Shown here piece by piece: positions 12,296-25,014 of a DNA stretch of 64,000 nucleotides. The DNA is taken from NCBI GenBank assembly GCA_951406725.2, contig OX597817.1:19716001-19780000 (forward strand), read 5' to 3'. The DNA comes from Octopus vulgaris (lineage: Eukaryota). The notes under the pieces were generated by a model that ran no database searches, had not been told where the DNA came from, and worked only from the letters and a program-made list of their open reading frames with translations. The position numbers were made by a program, and so were the translations under genes. Numbering within the stretch: position 1 is the stretch's first letter; each line of letters opens with the position of its first letter.

Positions 12296-12407
12296 CTAGC
12301 AAGTGTATGGGGTCATCAGGAGAGAATGCGCGCCGTTTCGGGGCCTACCTCTCGACGGCATCAATGCGCACCGGCCCCCCTCACTGATATGAGGCCCCGC
12401 TTGCTAG
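12296..12407. other. GC-rich self-complementary island containing hammerhead sequence parts
   Basis: Terminal inverted repeat ctagcaag/cttgctag; internal pairings gagag/ctctc, gccgt/acggc and ggggcc/ggcccc. CTGATGA, GAAAC and GTC occur on the minus strand. Confidence 0.6.
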
Positions 12408-12670
12408 ATCATTAATGCAAAGTACTTAACATTTTGAGAGTTTAGTGATGTATACATCATGCAAGCACTCCGATTGTGAAGTGAAACGGCAAAACGACCA
12501 CAAAGAGGTTTTGTGCAGCTAAGTCTGCTTTTCTTTTTAATTTTCGTCCTTAGAATCTAAAATATTGACTAATAATATTGACTCTCATATTTATCATTAT
12601 TAACGTTGACGATCATTATTAATGTTGCTACATTCATAGAGATATCAGTGCCTATATATAGCTCTAATAA

Positions 12671-12900
12671 GGCGGCGAGCTGGCAGAAACGTTAGCACGC
12701 CGGGCGAAATGCGTGGCCGTTTTTCGTCTGCCGTTACGTTCTGAGTTCAAATTCCGCCGAGGTCGACTTTGCCTTTCATCCTTTCGGGGTCGATAAATTA
12801 AGTACCAGTTACGCACTGGGGTCGATGTAATCGACTTAATCCCTTTGTCTGTCCTTGTTTGTCTCCTCTGTGTTTAGCCCCTTGTGGGTAGTAAAGAAAT
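12671..12900 (+). mobile_element. tRNA-derived SINE family A, near-intact, with 14-bp target-site duplication
   Basis: A box tggcagaaacg, B box gagttcaaattcc, central gactttgcctttcatcctttcggggtcgataaattaagtacc domain. TSD tatatatagctcta at 12653-12666 and 12904-12917. Confidence 0.93.
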
Positions 12901-14803
12901 ATATATATATAGCTCTACAGTGCGCGAACATGTTGCACTATATTAAAAGCTACATGAAACCGACGATGCTATTTTGCTTACGAATGGTGAACCTCTTATA
13001 TTTTGAATTACTGTATCTATTATCGAACAAGTATTATCCGGTCAATAAATTCATGAGCATCCACACTAAGCCTCATTCATATGCATATCTATACATATAA
13101 AACAATGTGCATGCTAGTATTTTTGGTGATCAATAATGTTATTACACTTGCGCCGTTTCTATTTTGATATTTGAATTTATACTTACGCATTCATTTTCGG
13201 ACCATACTAGCCCAAAAGTTTAAACTCTATATGCTTATAAGTCATGTACCGGCGGTATGATTCATCTCCAGTTCCCTTCAGGTACGTGATTTTGATAAAT
13301 CATAAAAATGGTGAAGCATCGATGTCAATCACCCCTGAATGAGATAGGGGATGTATTGTCTTGCTTGTCTTTCAGGTTTTTAACCTCCCGTGTTTTGAGG
13401 GAGCAATCGCGACTACGCCCCCGGGCAGTCTAGCGCCCATCACGTTAAGAATTATGCGTTTTCGACAATATATATGCAATCACATTATGTAGAATAGGTT
13501 CTGATCTAATGATCCAAGCTGTGTCTTCTTGAAGCACATATGTTTGTTCCAGTACTCTAAATTATAAGTTGAAATTATACTTGCGTGAGGTATGCATAAG
13601 AAAAGTAAAAGTAATTTTTTTTGGTCGTATGATTACATATTAAACCAGGAGGTTGCAAAAAAACGGATTTATTATTTATTCACCGTTATACGAGTTTCAT
13701 TTGCTATTAGGTGTTACAAAATAGTGCATATTTCTCTTACATGTATAATATCTTAACTTCCCTTAGCAAATGAAACTCATGAAATTGTGAATAAATAATA
13801 CCAGATTCTTTCAAAATTTCCTGTTATATATATATTGTAATGAATATTCTGCTAGTCATCATATAGGAATTTGATACAAGGAGGATTACTTGGTTAAACA
13901 ATTCTCTACAATAATCAAATTATGGACGGCTTAAATACAAACATTAATAAATTTTGTAATACATACAAAGGCTATATTGTGCATTCCAGTTGCCCGTGTG
14001 TATTATAGCCCTGTTTAGATTGAGTGTAAATGATCATATTTGATATAACTTTGAAACTCTCACCTGGATATTCCTGAGACGTTAAACAATGTGCAGAAGT
14101 TTATGATACAGAACAATACTACTGCATAATATATGTAAATATAAAACGGTAAACATAGGGATTCTAGTGTTCATTGATACATTATAATCACTTCTACGTG
14201 ATATACATTCTTATTTGTCTAGTTAATGATTTGATCTTTTAGACATCTTTATTTCAATATTCAATATATGGTGACAGAACACACTACATCAAATATAGAC
14301 AATATTTTATGAAACATACTTTAGTCTGTACATAAAGTAATTTAACATTATGACTAAAGTGTTATACAAATTAAACTGTTTATCTAATACGAATAACAAC
14401 ATTATCTTGTTTTTAATTACAACTCGAAACTATTTACGATTTTCGTCAGTAAATTTACTATTGAAACATCAATGCTTTCCCTCGTTCTTCGTAAATATTG
14501 GTTTCAGACAGCTTACGTTATCAAAGTTTTATTAATTTATTTCCAAATGCTTTGATCAATCTTCCATATAGACATGAATGTGAAAGACAGTATTACTAGC
14601 ATGTCGCTGGTGATTGGAATATCACCGAAGCGGCACAGTAACAATAGTTGAAACACATATTCTGAACTGGGTCAGTCGTCATCATATTAATGTGGGCAGC
14701 TCAACTCTAACGTAAAGTACATACGAACACATACATGCACAATTTTTGTCATATATAGATATACATTTATACACGATTACACATATGCAATTACACATAC
14801 AAA

Positions 14804-14945
<142 letters not shown>

Positions 14946-15324
14946 GCATATCAATGTGTATACATGTATATATAAGTTTTATATTGTATTATTTCTAAAC
15001 TATTTGTCTTCCTTGCTTGTTCGACCACACGCTTAAAATTAGAATTAAAATAAGAATCCATTTTCTGTAGTTTTCCACCATAAGAATATTTTGTACATAC
15101 TTAGCAAATGAATAACGTCTGCATAGATAAAAAACCAACCATCATGAAAAAATAAGAAAAAATGAGAAAGTGACTGTAGGAATCATATATACAAGTTTAT
15201 TAGTTAATACAAAAATTGAAGTTAAAATGAATATGCGTGACACTGGTTAAGGAGTCAAACAATAATAATACAACATTCGTATTTGGATGAAAAATCTTTA
15301 GAAAGAGTTGAACAAAAGAAATAA

Positions 15325-15359
<35 letters not shown>

Positions 15360-15516
15360 GTATAGAAAATTATCTCGAAATAATTCAAAACGCGGCCATG
15401 ACAAATTTTCCTCCTCTTCAGAATAACTTTGTTAGTTGTCTGGTTGGGAAGGAATATTTTGTCCGTGAAAGTATGAAAAGTGCGCAGAAATGGCAAAGAT
15501 AGCTCTTCTAGAGTAA

Positions 15517-15572
<56 letters not shown>

Positions 15573-17466
15573 CGGAAGCTCAGTTATGTATGGGTGCGTA
15601 AGTGGGTGTGGGTTTGTCTATGTTTGCGTTGGTTTAAACATCATATCTTTCTCTGTCCACTTCCCTGTATTGTTTGGGGTCAACACACTGAAACACTTAG
15701 CCGCACTTAATAAAGGGACATTAAAATTTGTTGAATCTAGTGAACTGATATTACTGATGAAATTCAATAATCCTTTCAATGGGGAACATGTAAAGGTCTC
15801 CAATAAGATGAAGTGATGTATCGTGCTTTTATTATTCCTCTGAGAGTTGAGAAGATAAAGAATTGCTATGTGTGTAAGATGCATACTGAAGTTGAATTAA
15901 TGTGTGAATTTAATATTCCGTGTGTTATGGCGAATCCATTGAGAGAGCATAGGAGTAGTGTTCTATAATGTGGGAGGAAATTATAAAAACGTTTTTACAA
16001 CAGAAGTGTACATTGAGCTAAATGGTATCAAAATAAAAGTGTTCTGTCAGTGAGTGTTTAACGACAAAGTAAATAGAGATGAATAAATAGAGATGAATAA
16101 TAGAAGGGAAAATTTGTGATTCCTCTACTTAGGCTATTAAATAAATTTTAAAATAATATCCCGTACTTTACATTAAAAATGCAAGGAACGAAGCATATTT
16201 TACATTCGTATCAAACAATTAAACGAGAATCAATAAAATAATTTTCCCTTTGCTTATTGTCCGCGTACTTAATGACGAAGATTCAAATGACTTGTTAGAG
16301 ATTCGAAATATGTAACACACAGGAAATATTTCTCTTGTGATTCTTTCTTGCATAGCAGTGCTACACCACAAATATTGTATTTAGAGGCAGTAAATAATTT
16401 TTATTATTCTTACAGGTCATCTCACACCGATAATCGACGTTTCTTCGCTCCCTAAACGTTCTCTAAGTATATGTTAATCATCTATCATATCGTTAAACGA
16501 AGAACTGGAAAATCAAGGAAGAGAGAATGGTCTTATTGTATGTTCTACTCAAACTTCCCTTAAGCTAACGCTTGAGTGTGGCGGTTGATTTGTCTCTTTT
16601 TTTAAATTTCAGCAGATGGGTAACCTTTGCTTCTCGGTTAATACTTCCTGTTTGTGGGGTGATAATGTCAATTTTTAGCAGAGGTGATTTGTTAGTATTT
16701 CAATTTGAAAACACTTGCCATGCTTCAGGTAGTGTCCAACGACTATTGAAAGATTAATATTGTATGAGAAGTAACTCTCTTTACATACACACGCCAACGC
16801 CAACGAACACACACACATACAAAACACACACATACACATTCTCACTGTCTGTCTGTCTGTCTGTCACTTTTTTCTCTACCTTACGGTATCATCTTCAACC
16901 CAAACTATAAGCTCTGCTGAACTGAGAGACAAATGACACTTGAAAACAATTGAACAACTTTTGTTAAATAGATCGCATGAATGTGGACACTGCAAGTGAG
17001 AAATAATTGGAAACAGTGCTACAAACGGTAAGAGAATTAATTAGATATGTTGGTATCAAATACAGGTAGAAATTTCTATCTTATAGAGGTTGCGTGTAGC
17101 ATTTTAGATAAAGTAACAGTGAGAGGTACAGAAATGAAATAAAACAAATAAATATTATAGCTCCAAACATTATATTATACACAAATAAAATATTATGATA
17201 AATCTCAGAGCGAGTTATAAACAGTAGCGGCAACACATCGTGACGTATATTTGTCCGTGTGTATCATAAGTTGAAGACGGGAAGGATGACTTCCCTTCAC
17301 AAATACTGATAGGGCACAGAAAGTGTGTCTATAGCCAGCTGGAAGAGGTGTCTTCCTGGGGCTACAAACTACAGTAGCATCCACCCTTACGGGTTAGCCA
17401 TATTCAAATGGCAAATATACGTCACAAAATAAAATATAATTTTTACGAAAAAAAAAAATATATAGA

Positions 17467-17814
17467 TGCGTGATTCCCAACGTCCGGAGCATGCGCACCG
17501 GTGTGGCATAGTAATATTTTGGTGGGGCATGGTAATACTTTGGTGAGGCATGCGTAGGGTTATTTTGAATATTTATACATTTTGTACACAATGTTTAGTA
17601 TACCAATTGAGAAAGGGGACAGTTCGAGAGTTAGTTATTAAAAGAAGTTCTTTGCATCTGTTCTGTGGACAATTTTATCAAATTTTGGAGACTTTAGAGA
17701 CAACAGGTCATTTTCATTTTATACATAATAGCAAAATTTAAATATCACCAGGGGACATCAGGATTTTAGAAATGATTCGGTGGAGCATGGCCAAAAATCG
17801 GTTGCGAACCACTG
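17467..17814. mobile_element. Non-autonomous hAT (Charlie-type) MITE
   Basis: Right end ggttgcgaaccactg; left end gcgtgattcccaac resembles the cagtggttcccaacc TIR. Internal ggggcatg-type subterminal repeats. Confidence 0.6.
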
Positions 17815-18599
17815 CTGTACATATTAAATCACAAACAATATATGTGTTGAAGGCATCAATTATAATAATAATTAAGACTATTCAAGACGAAGTAATTATC
17901 TATAGTAATAATTTCTAAGGTTTCACACGAAGTGAATTAATAAGTCTTGATAATGAAGCTGCATTTCGAAATGCAATGCAAAGTATAGGGTGAGTATTTT
18001 ATTTGCTACAAGCACATAACTCGAGTGACCTCACTTACTGAAAAAAATATTACATGCTGCAAGAGCATCTACAAAATATAAATATATAAAATTGCTTCAA
18101 GTCTACCTAATTTGGGAGATGCTCTGTCGATTAAATCGGCGCCAATACATGGAACCTTATATTATCGATACATCAAAGCATATTTCACCTCTGCAAATTC
18201 GTACACCACACATATAGATCAAGAAATGATATAGTCGTGTAATTTATACGACGCACTATCGATTTTACAAACTTGCCGCCATGTAACTTGCATAAAATAA
18301 AAATAAAATCTAGTACAGATAGTGAGAAATCTTAAATAGGACAGAAACAGCTTTCGGTTTACTATGAAACGATGTACTGTAAAATTGGGTGGAAATAATA
18401 TAAATATCAGGTTGAGTAAAAGGTAAGCAACACTTTGAACCATGAGGAATTTGTACCGGATTTTTGCAGCATTTTCAAGTTTCTTAAACAGATGTGATGC
18501 TCAAAAATCTAAAATGTGACCACGACGAATTACCGAAATGCAAAGGAATGATAAAAAGGGATAAGAGCGAAACTAAAATTACCCCTCCTAGTTGAGACA

Positions 18600-21520
18600 A
18601 CGCATAAGGGTCTTCGATGTACGACAATCTGTAAATCGTTTTTGTTAAAATGTAAAAAAATTGGACATGGCCAGCAAAGACGCTGTCGAGTTGTCTGAGA
18701 CCAAGGGGAACCAAATATGCCACGATTGAAGTGCGTTTTAAGACCGAAGAAAAAGCCACGCAGGCGTCGATGGAACCTCTAAGAACACCAGAGGTGGTGC
18801 TCCTGCTAAAATATCTTGGCTGGTGGCTTCATCACCGCGAGCCTGGGGGACAAATTAATTATCCTCCAAGCCACTACTTCGGCCCTCCAAAATTTGTAAG
18901 AGCAGGGGCGGCCCCTGCTGGCCTAGAAAATATCATTGGTAGAATACTGGTGAGAGAGACCATGCTGCGGGTGATAGTTGAGGAGAGGAAGCCTCGTTGC
19001 TACAAATGTGACCAACCTCCCCACCGAGAAAGAGATGATTTCCCCACCTACTGAGAACGGAGGAGGAAGAGATGGAAGAAAACCAGGAGAAAGGATGGCA
19101 GGTGAAGTCATCTAGAAAACACAAAATAACGTTAACGGCCTAATCCAACTTCACTAGCCCCACAGCAAAAAAAAGAAAAAGAAAAAAAAGACGAACAACA
19201 GAATACACAAGCAACAAAACCCCCCCAACTTAAACTATTCCCAAGCTATCTGGTAAAGAAACTTACAGAAGTCAATACTAACAATAAAGCACTGGTAATG
19301 AAATTAAAAGACACCTCAGTAACAGCTAAAGCAACTGAAACGTTTGGGGTGGAAAACATTCCGGATAATATTCGAATTTTTGCTATAGATAGACAAAACT
19401 ATAACATGTTAAAAAGCCAATATAAAAATGTCAATTACACTTCAAGAATGGATTTCTCCCGTCTAATTTATGAGGATCTGGTCAATAATACCCCACAAGC
19501 CTCAGATGCAATGGAATAAGATGGGTTTACTAGTCCATCTGTAACTATAAGAAAACGTTTTTATGGATACACTCAAAGTAGGCTGCATAAATGTGCACGG
19601 CCTGGGGTCAAACTGGAAACAGAGTCTTTCCCTTAATGACCTCAGTAGCATAGAATGGATATTACAGTTGCTGCAGACTCTAGACCGAGTAGTAAAAGAG
19701 ACTTTGCCACCCTCCTAAATGGATACGAGAAAATTATTTCTCCATGCCTACCTGGAGGACGGAGAGGCGTCGTTGTGCTACTCAGGAAAAACCTGGATTT
19801 AGAGACAAGAACTATCTTCATCGACCCGGAATGTAGCTTGGTTGTTCTTGACGTGACACTTAGCAATGGTAAAGAATCAAGGCTGGTAGCTGTCTACGCT
19901 TCCCCGGGAACTGGACAGTCTAATATTTTTCGAGGCATGGAGATGTTTCTTGGGACGTCTCACACCATAGTAATGTTAGGTGATTTTAATGTAATCTGCG
20001 ATGCACGCGTAGTTTACGTTCGCTCGTCTACTGATAGGAGAGGAAAACCGTGCTTCAAAAATCTGCTCATTCGATTTCAGCTGGCAGATAGGTGTAGATT
20101 AGATGCCGCAGACGCTTCATTGTGGACATGGACTAATAATGATGGGTCATCTAGATCTAATTTAGACAGGGTTTTAATTAGGAAATAGACAAAAACCCAG
20201 ATGGCCGTCCACAATTTCACTATGTCAGCTACAGTTATCACAAATTTATGACCTGTAGGTTGGATTTAGATAAGCTACGTAGACAGGGATTCGGTTACTG
20301 GAAAATCAATAAGTCACTTTTGGCTCATGAGGAGTCCAGGAGTCGGATTAGAGAGTTATTGATGAGGGCATTGTGTAGTGCCATTATTACCAACAAAGGA
20401 TAATATGCCCTCAAAAGAGCTATAAAATTTGAATCTAATAAGTATAGCAAAAATTTAGTGGGTAAGAAAAATAGAGTAGAAAGGAATTTATTTATGGCCC
20501 TAGACGAAGCACTGAAATCTGGCTGCGCACCCCGAGTTTTATCTGCGAGAATGGCGCTTAACCATCACCTCAAGGCTAAAATCGAAGGATGCATAGTCAA
20601 GGCTAAGCAACGTGCAATGGGAATCAAAGCGAAGCAGGAATCCCGAGGCAGGAAGCGGAGAGTTGTGGGGAACCGATCACAGCTACGCAGGTGTAGGAGG
20701 ATTTGTTGTACTGCGGCGGAGACAAGTCGCTTGGACTTGATGCTCTCCCCTACGAGCTTTATAACAGTTTGCTAGACTTTTTCGGGCACCTACTGACATG
20801 CCTCTTCAGTAACTGGCATGGCAACAAAATGGGTTTATAACCAGATCAATGAGCCGATGAGTGGCGACGCTACTTAGAAAGGAGCCAACGAAGGGGATAT
20901 TATAGATAATTCCAGGTCCATCACTCTGCTTAACACAGAGTTAAAGATGTTGGCCAAGGTATTATCAAAAAGGTTGCCCCGTGTCGTTGATGGAATCGTC
21001 GGTGAGGCACACACTTTGCTATTTCTGGCAGATACAGACACAAGAATCTCAACCTTCTATGCTACATCTTAGAGAAGGTCAATGGGTCTCTTGGCAAGGG
21101 TGGGGCACTGGCAAATTTAGACCAAACCAAGGCTTTTGACAGGCTTGAATATCGGCATGTTATCTCGGTACTCGCAGCATTCGGGCCCGGCCTCGTCTTT
21201 CATTGGTGAAGCATTGCTTTATATAGCAACATCAACTCGATCGTTTGGGTGAACGGGTTCTTCTCGAAGCCTCTCAACATGAAGTGCTGTATTCATCAAA
21301 GGTGTACCCTTTCCCTGCCTCTGTATGTGTTGGCTCTAAAGCCATTACTGCGGAAGTTGGGGGCCTTGAGAAGCGTCCCACACGGTCTAGGGTGCAGTAA
21401 GAAAGTTTCGGAGTACACAGTTCACATCACCATCATCGTGTCCGAGATGGTATTCCTACGGAGGGTAGGTAAAGCCATTAAGAACTACGAACCGGTGGCA
21501 GAAACAAAAGTTAACCGCGA
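18600..21520 (+). mobile_element. Decayed L1/Tx1-clade LINE (ORF1 zinc knuckle, APE endonuclease, RT), 3'-truncated
   Basis: ORF1 remnant RKPRCYKC (~19000). ORF2 starts at ATG 19563 MDTLKVGCINVHGL, followed by LVAVYASP, MLGDFN, SRSNLDRVLI, GFGYWKINKSLL, RSITLLNTELKMLAKVL, LDQTKAFDR and IHQRCTLS. YADD has decayed to YTVH. Many stops and frameshifts. Confidence 0.92.
19563..20188 (+). pseudogene. Apurinic-like (EEP) endonuclease domain of the LINE ORF2
   Basis: ORF 19655-20188 plus an upstream frameshifted N-terminus; GGRRGVVVLL, YASP, GDFN and LDRV motifs. Confidence 0.9.
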
Positions 21521-21825
21521 TATGAAAGACTACAAATTAATAGCAACAAAACCCCGATATATTTTACACGTGTATCCTTTTTCTTTTAAATACTGAGAGT
21601 ATACTACTTACATTGCATTCATTACAGATGAACAAAAATATATACAACGCGAACATGTGACAGCATGATGTATATAATGAAACATAGATACCGCGATTAC
21701 ATATATTTCAGCACTGCAAATAATAATAGTAATATTAATCATTTATACAGCCACCCGTAAATACTTGGAATATATGTAGAAGAACATGGAAGTTTGAAAA
21801 GCAAACATATGATCAGAAGAATATA

Positions 21826-21942
21826 AATTTGTATATATTCAGTTAATCTGCTTAATTTGTATGTATTCGGTTAATCTGCTTAATTTGTATATATTTGGTT
21901 AATCTGCTTAATTTGTATATATTTGTTTAATCTGCTTAATTT
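21826..21942. repeat. Minisatellite, 28-bp unit, about 4 copies
   Basis: Unit aatttgtatatatt(c/t)(a/g)(g/t)ttaatctgctt, abutting with no spacers. Confidence 0.95.
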
Positions 21943-23049
21943 TTTTTTTTGCAGCGTCGGGACCGCATTGCTGGCTTCCCAAATAAATTTCCTATGAATA
22001 GCAATATACATAACGACACCTTTATGCCAAAGCCAACAATTCTAGTATAGTAGGAATTTTTATGATGAGAACATGATTTGCATTGGTGACAATCAAAATG
22101 ATCTTGGTGGAGGAAAGGATGATGGTGATGAGAACAAGTTCGGTGAAAATGATATTGATTACGATATAAATAAATGTTAAGTTTGAAATTTTCACTCAAG
22201 AACGTAGATGTGAAAGAAAATTGGAAAAAATGGTACAACTGTAAAATAAATTGTTTTCCCAATATTCAATGCGCTACTTGAAGTGCATTGTATCTTATTA
22301 ACTTGTGTAAGTCTATAAGAAAATCAAAGATTTGTATTGCACAAAACAATAGGAAATAAGCCGAACTCTTTGTTTACAGAAAATTTCTACTCTTTTAAAT
22401 TTGCATCTCTTTTATCAAAGTAATTGTGATAGGATTTTCTTGAGAGCTATACAAATTGTTTCGGGTTAGAAAATTTGGACGAATCTTTGTAAGATATTAC
22501 TTAAGATATCGTTTTATGATTAACATAGCTGTTTGGGTGTGGAAAATATAGATTGAAGTAGTAGATATAATTTCAAAAGCTATATGTCTCTTTATTTAAA
22601 AAAAAATATTTAAAACAGAGAAATATATGTATGTTATTCGGCGTATGTGCACATTTTCATATGATATGCATATATATACACACACAAACACACACACACA
22701 CATGCACATATATACGCACACATATTCACATATAAACGAACGTAAAAACATAAAACACACATGCATATATAGGTTACGTATGTACACACATATGAACACG
22801 TATGTTTTCTAGAAGGAGGGATAGAGAGACTGAGAGAGAAAAAGAATGTGTTGCGAGATGAACCAGGGTATCGCAGTTACAAGATAGGGGGGACCGACTT
22901 CCAATAAATTTTATGCAGTTTGATAGTTTGGAATTCAACCCGTTGCTTGACTAACCAGTTTTAGTTGTACCTAGGAACAATCCCAGAGAATAAGAGGATC
23001 ATATCAACGTATTCGCTAGAGTGAATTGAATCAGATACCGTCCGTTTCT

Positions 23050-23410
23050 ACATAGAGGGTGCGTAAGATATTTGAGGACAGATTTATGTCTATAAAAAAA
23101 CCCATTTATAATAACAGATAATAACTTTATCAAAAGATGCAATTAGGATAACAATAACTCTCGTTTTCTATAATGTTATTTAATAAAGCCTACCTTCAGC
23201 TTTAACAACTGCTTCTATATGAGATTTAAATCATCTACATCCTTGAATTGAATGGTCCTGGGACATTTTAGACTTTACTCTGACTATGACAACTTTCAAA
23301 TAATCTTTTGTGTTATGGGCATGTTCATTGACTTCATTCAACAATGCAGCCAGACTAACTTCCGTAAAATTTCTTTTACACTGATTTTTATTTCCCCCAA
23401 TTGAACCATT
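23050..23410 (-). mobile_element. 3' end of a Tc1/maT-type transposon
   Basis: Minus frame EVNEHAHNTKDYLKVVIVRVKSKMSQDHSIQGCR*FKSHIEAVVKAEG matches the Tc1/DD37D C-terminus (HNT..LK.AI..M...AC..FR.R.EAV..AEG). TIR-like tacatagagggtgc at about 23050. Confidence 0.65.
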
Positions 23411-23448
23411 GATCAGAACTACCAATGCAAGAATAATTAACGATAGCA

Positions 23449-23715
23449 TTATAAAGGAAAAGAATACAACGTTTTAATAATACTTATTTGGTGCAATGCA
23501 GCTAGTGCAGATACATTCGGTTTCAAACTTGTCAACTTTAACCGCATGTCACCTCTATATGTCACATCCAGTCCGAATGTTTTATGGGAAAGTAAAGTTC
23601 CAACATGGCTTAAACCAGGTTCGACCATGTTCGAGGTAAGGAAAGCAAACAAAAGTAATTTCAGGTGCTTCCACAGACTGGGGTACGAGTTCAATATATT
23701 TTGATGGTACCCCAA
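23449..23715 (-). pseudogene. C-terminal fragment of a hAT Buster/Charlie-type (ZBED5/SCAND3-like) transposase
   Basis: YPSLWKHLKLLLFAFLTSNMVEPGLSHVGTLLS..RGDMRLKLTSLKPNVSALAALHQ matches YP.LW..V..LL.AFPTSYLVE.GFS.V..RGDLRL.LT.L.PN..L...HQ. Confidence 0.85.
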
Positions 23716-23936
23716 ACCTTAGTTGCCATTACGGCAAATACATCTATTTATGTATTTATATATTTTTAAAATACCAACATATTTTTAAATATTAAATATT
23801 TATAAGTTTTAATACTGTATTATCTGGAACTTTATATTGATTTATTAATGTCCAATGAATGTACACATAAATATTGAATATTCTACTGGATAATAGAACA
23901 TGTTCCTCTAGTTTTCCGCTAGTATTGCCTCCATTC

Positions 23937-23981
<45 letters not shown>

Positions 23982-23983
<2 letters not shown>

Positions 23984-24305
23984 TTAGACCCCCTTCGATC
24001 ATGACTAACCATGGCATGCACCTAGGAAGTTATCCTCCCAGGTACAAATCCGGGCAGGGTTCTTCATGGACGACCGGCGATCGCCCATGCATACCGGCCT
24101 CCGCTTTCCACGCCACCAGTGTTATCCAAGGGAAAGGCAAAAGCCGATACAGTTTGGCACCTATGACGCCGCAACTCATTTCCGCAGCTGAGTGAACTGA
24201 AGCAAAGTGAAATAAAGTGTCTCGGTCAAGAACACAAACGCAGCCCGTTCAGGGATTCAGATTCACAACCTCACCATCGTAAGCTCCACACTCTACCCCC
24301 TGATC
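23982..24305 (-). mobile_element. tRNA-derived SINE family C (V-SINE-like centre)
   Basis: Minus strand: decayed tRNA head, then gtgttcttgaccgagacactttatttcactttgcttcagttcactcagctg, then a LINE-like tail abutting (TA)n. Confidence 0.7.
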
Positions 24306-24559
24306 AACTGCAGCTTTTCGGTAAAGTCGTTGTAGGACACATAATCGGGGGAACCAGATACAAAAGGGATCAATCTAGGTGCCTATTCCTCTTATTTATA
24401 TATGTAATACAATACATAATCCTCGCACATTTTTTTAAGTATGCTAGACACTGGTTTAAATTAATATAATTAATAATATTAATTTCTACTCTCATTATTT
24501 AAATTACGCACACACAAACACACACACACATATATATATAATTAATATGTATATAATAG

Positions 24560-24597
<38 letters not shown>

Positions 24598-24606
24598 CAT
24601 ACATAA

Positions 24607-24617
24607 ATAGATAGATT

Positions 24618-24697
<80 letters not shown>
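24607..24697. repeat. (GATA)n microsatellite
   Basis: Seen directly. Confidence 0.97.
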
Positions 24698-24699
<2 letters not shown>

Positions 24700-24724
24700 G
24701 AGGTAAGTGAGATTTTTATTTATT

Positions 24725-25014
24725 TATGCGACCTTTTCAAGCCTAACCAACTTCATAGGCCAGGTTTCCCGGTTTCTATGGCGTACGTATTCCCCCCAGC
24801 TGGATAGGACGCCAGTCCATCGCAGCGTTAAGCACGAAACAGCAAGAAAGTGTGAAAGAAAGTTGGGGCGAAAGAGTACAACAGGGGTCGCCACCACCCC
24901 CTGCCGGACCCTCGTGGGGCTTTAAATGTCTCGCACAATAAACACACACAACGCCCGGTCTGGGAATCGAAACCGCGAGTCTGCTGTCCTAACCACTAGG
25001 CCATTGCGCCTCCA
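24725..25014 (-). mobile_element. tRNA-derived SINE family D2 (head shared with 49328-49713, different tail)
   Basis: Minus-strand head gtggaggcgcaatggcctagtggttagg..ggtttcgattcccagaccgggcg. Homologous to the 49.5-kb SINE over about 24835-25014; the tail is unrelated. Confidence 0.88.

Noticed and set aside
12296-12407. HDV-like ribozyme reading of the GC island (ggggcct/aggcccc as P1)
   Set aside because: The L3 consensus and the P1.1 GG are missing on both strands.
15750-15800. CTGATGA...GGAACATGTA resembling a Penelope-type hammerhead
   Set aside because: GAAA is mutated and there is no clear helix II or helix I; possibly a fossil but not supportable.
21826-21942. 28-bp repeats as a CRISPR array
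   Set aside because: The units abut with no unique spacers, the context is eukaryotic, and there are no cas genes.
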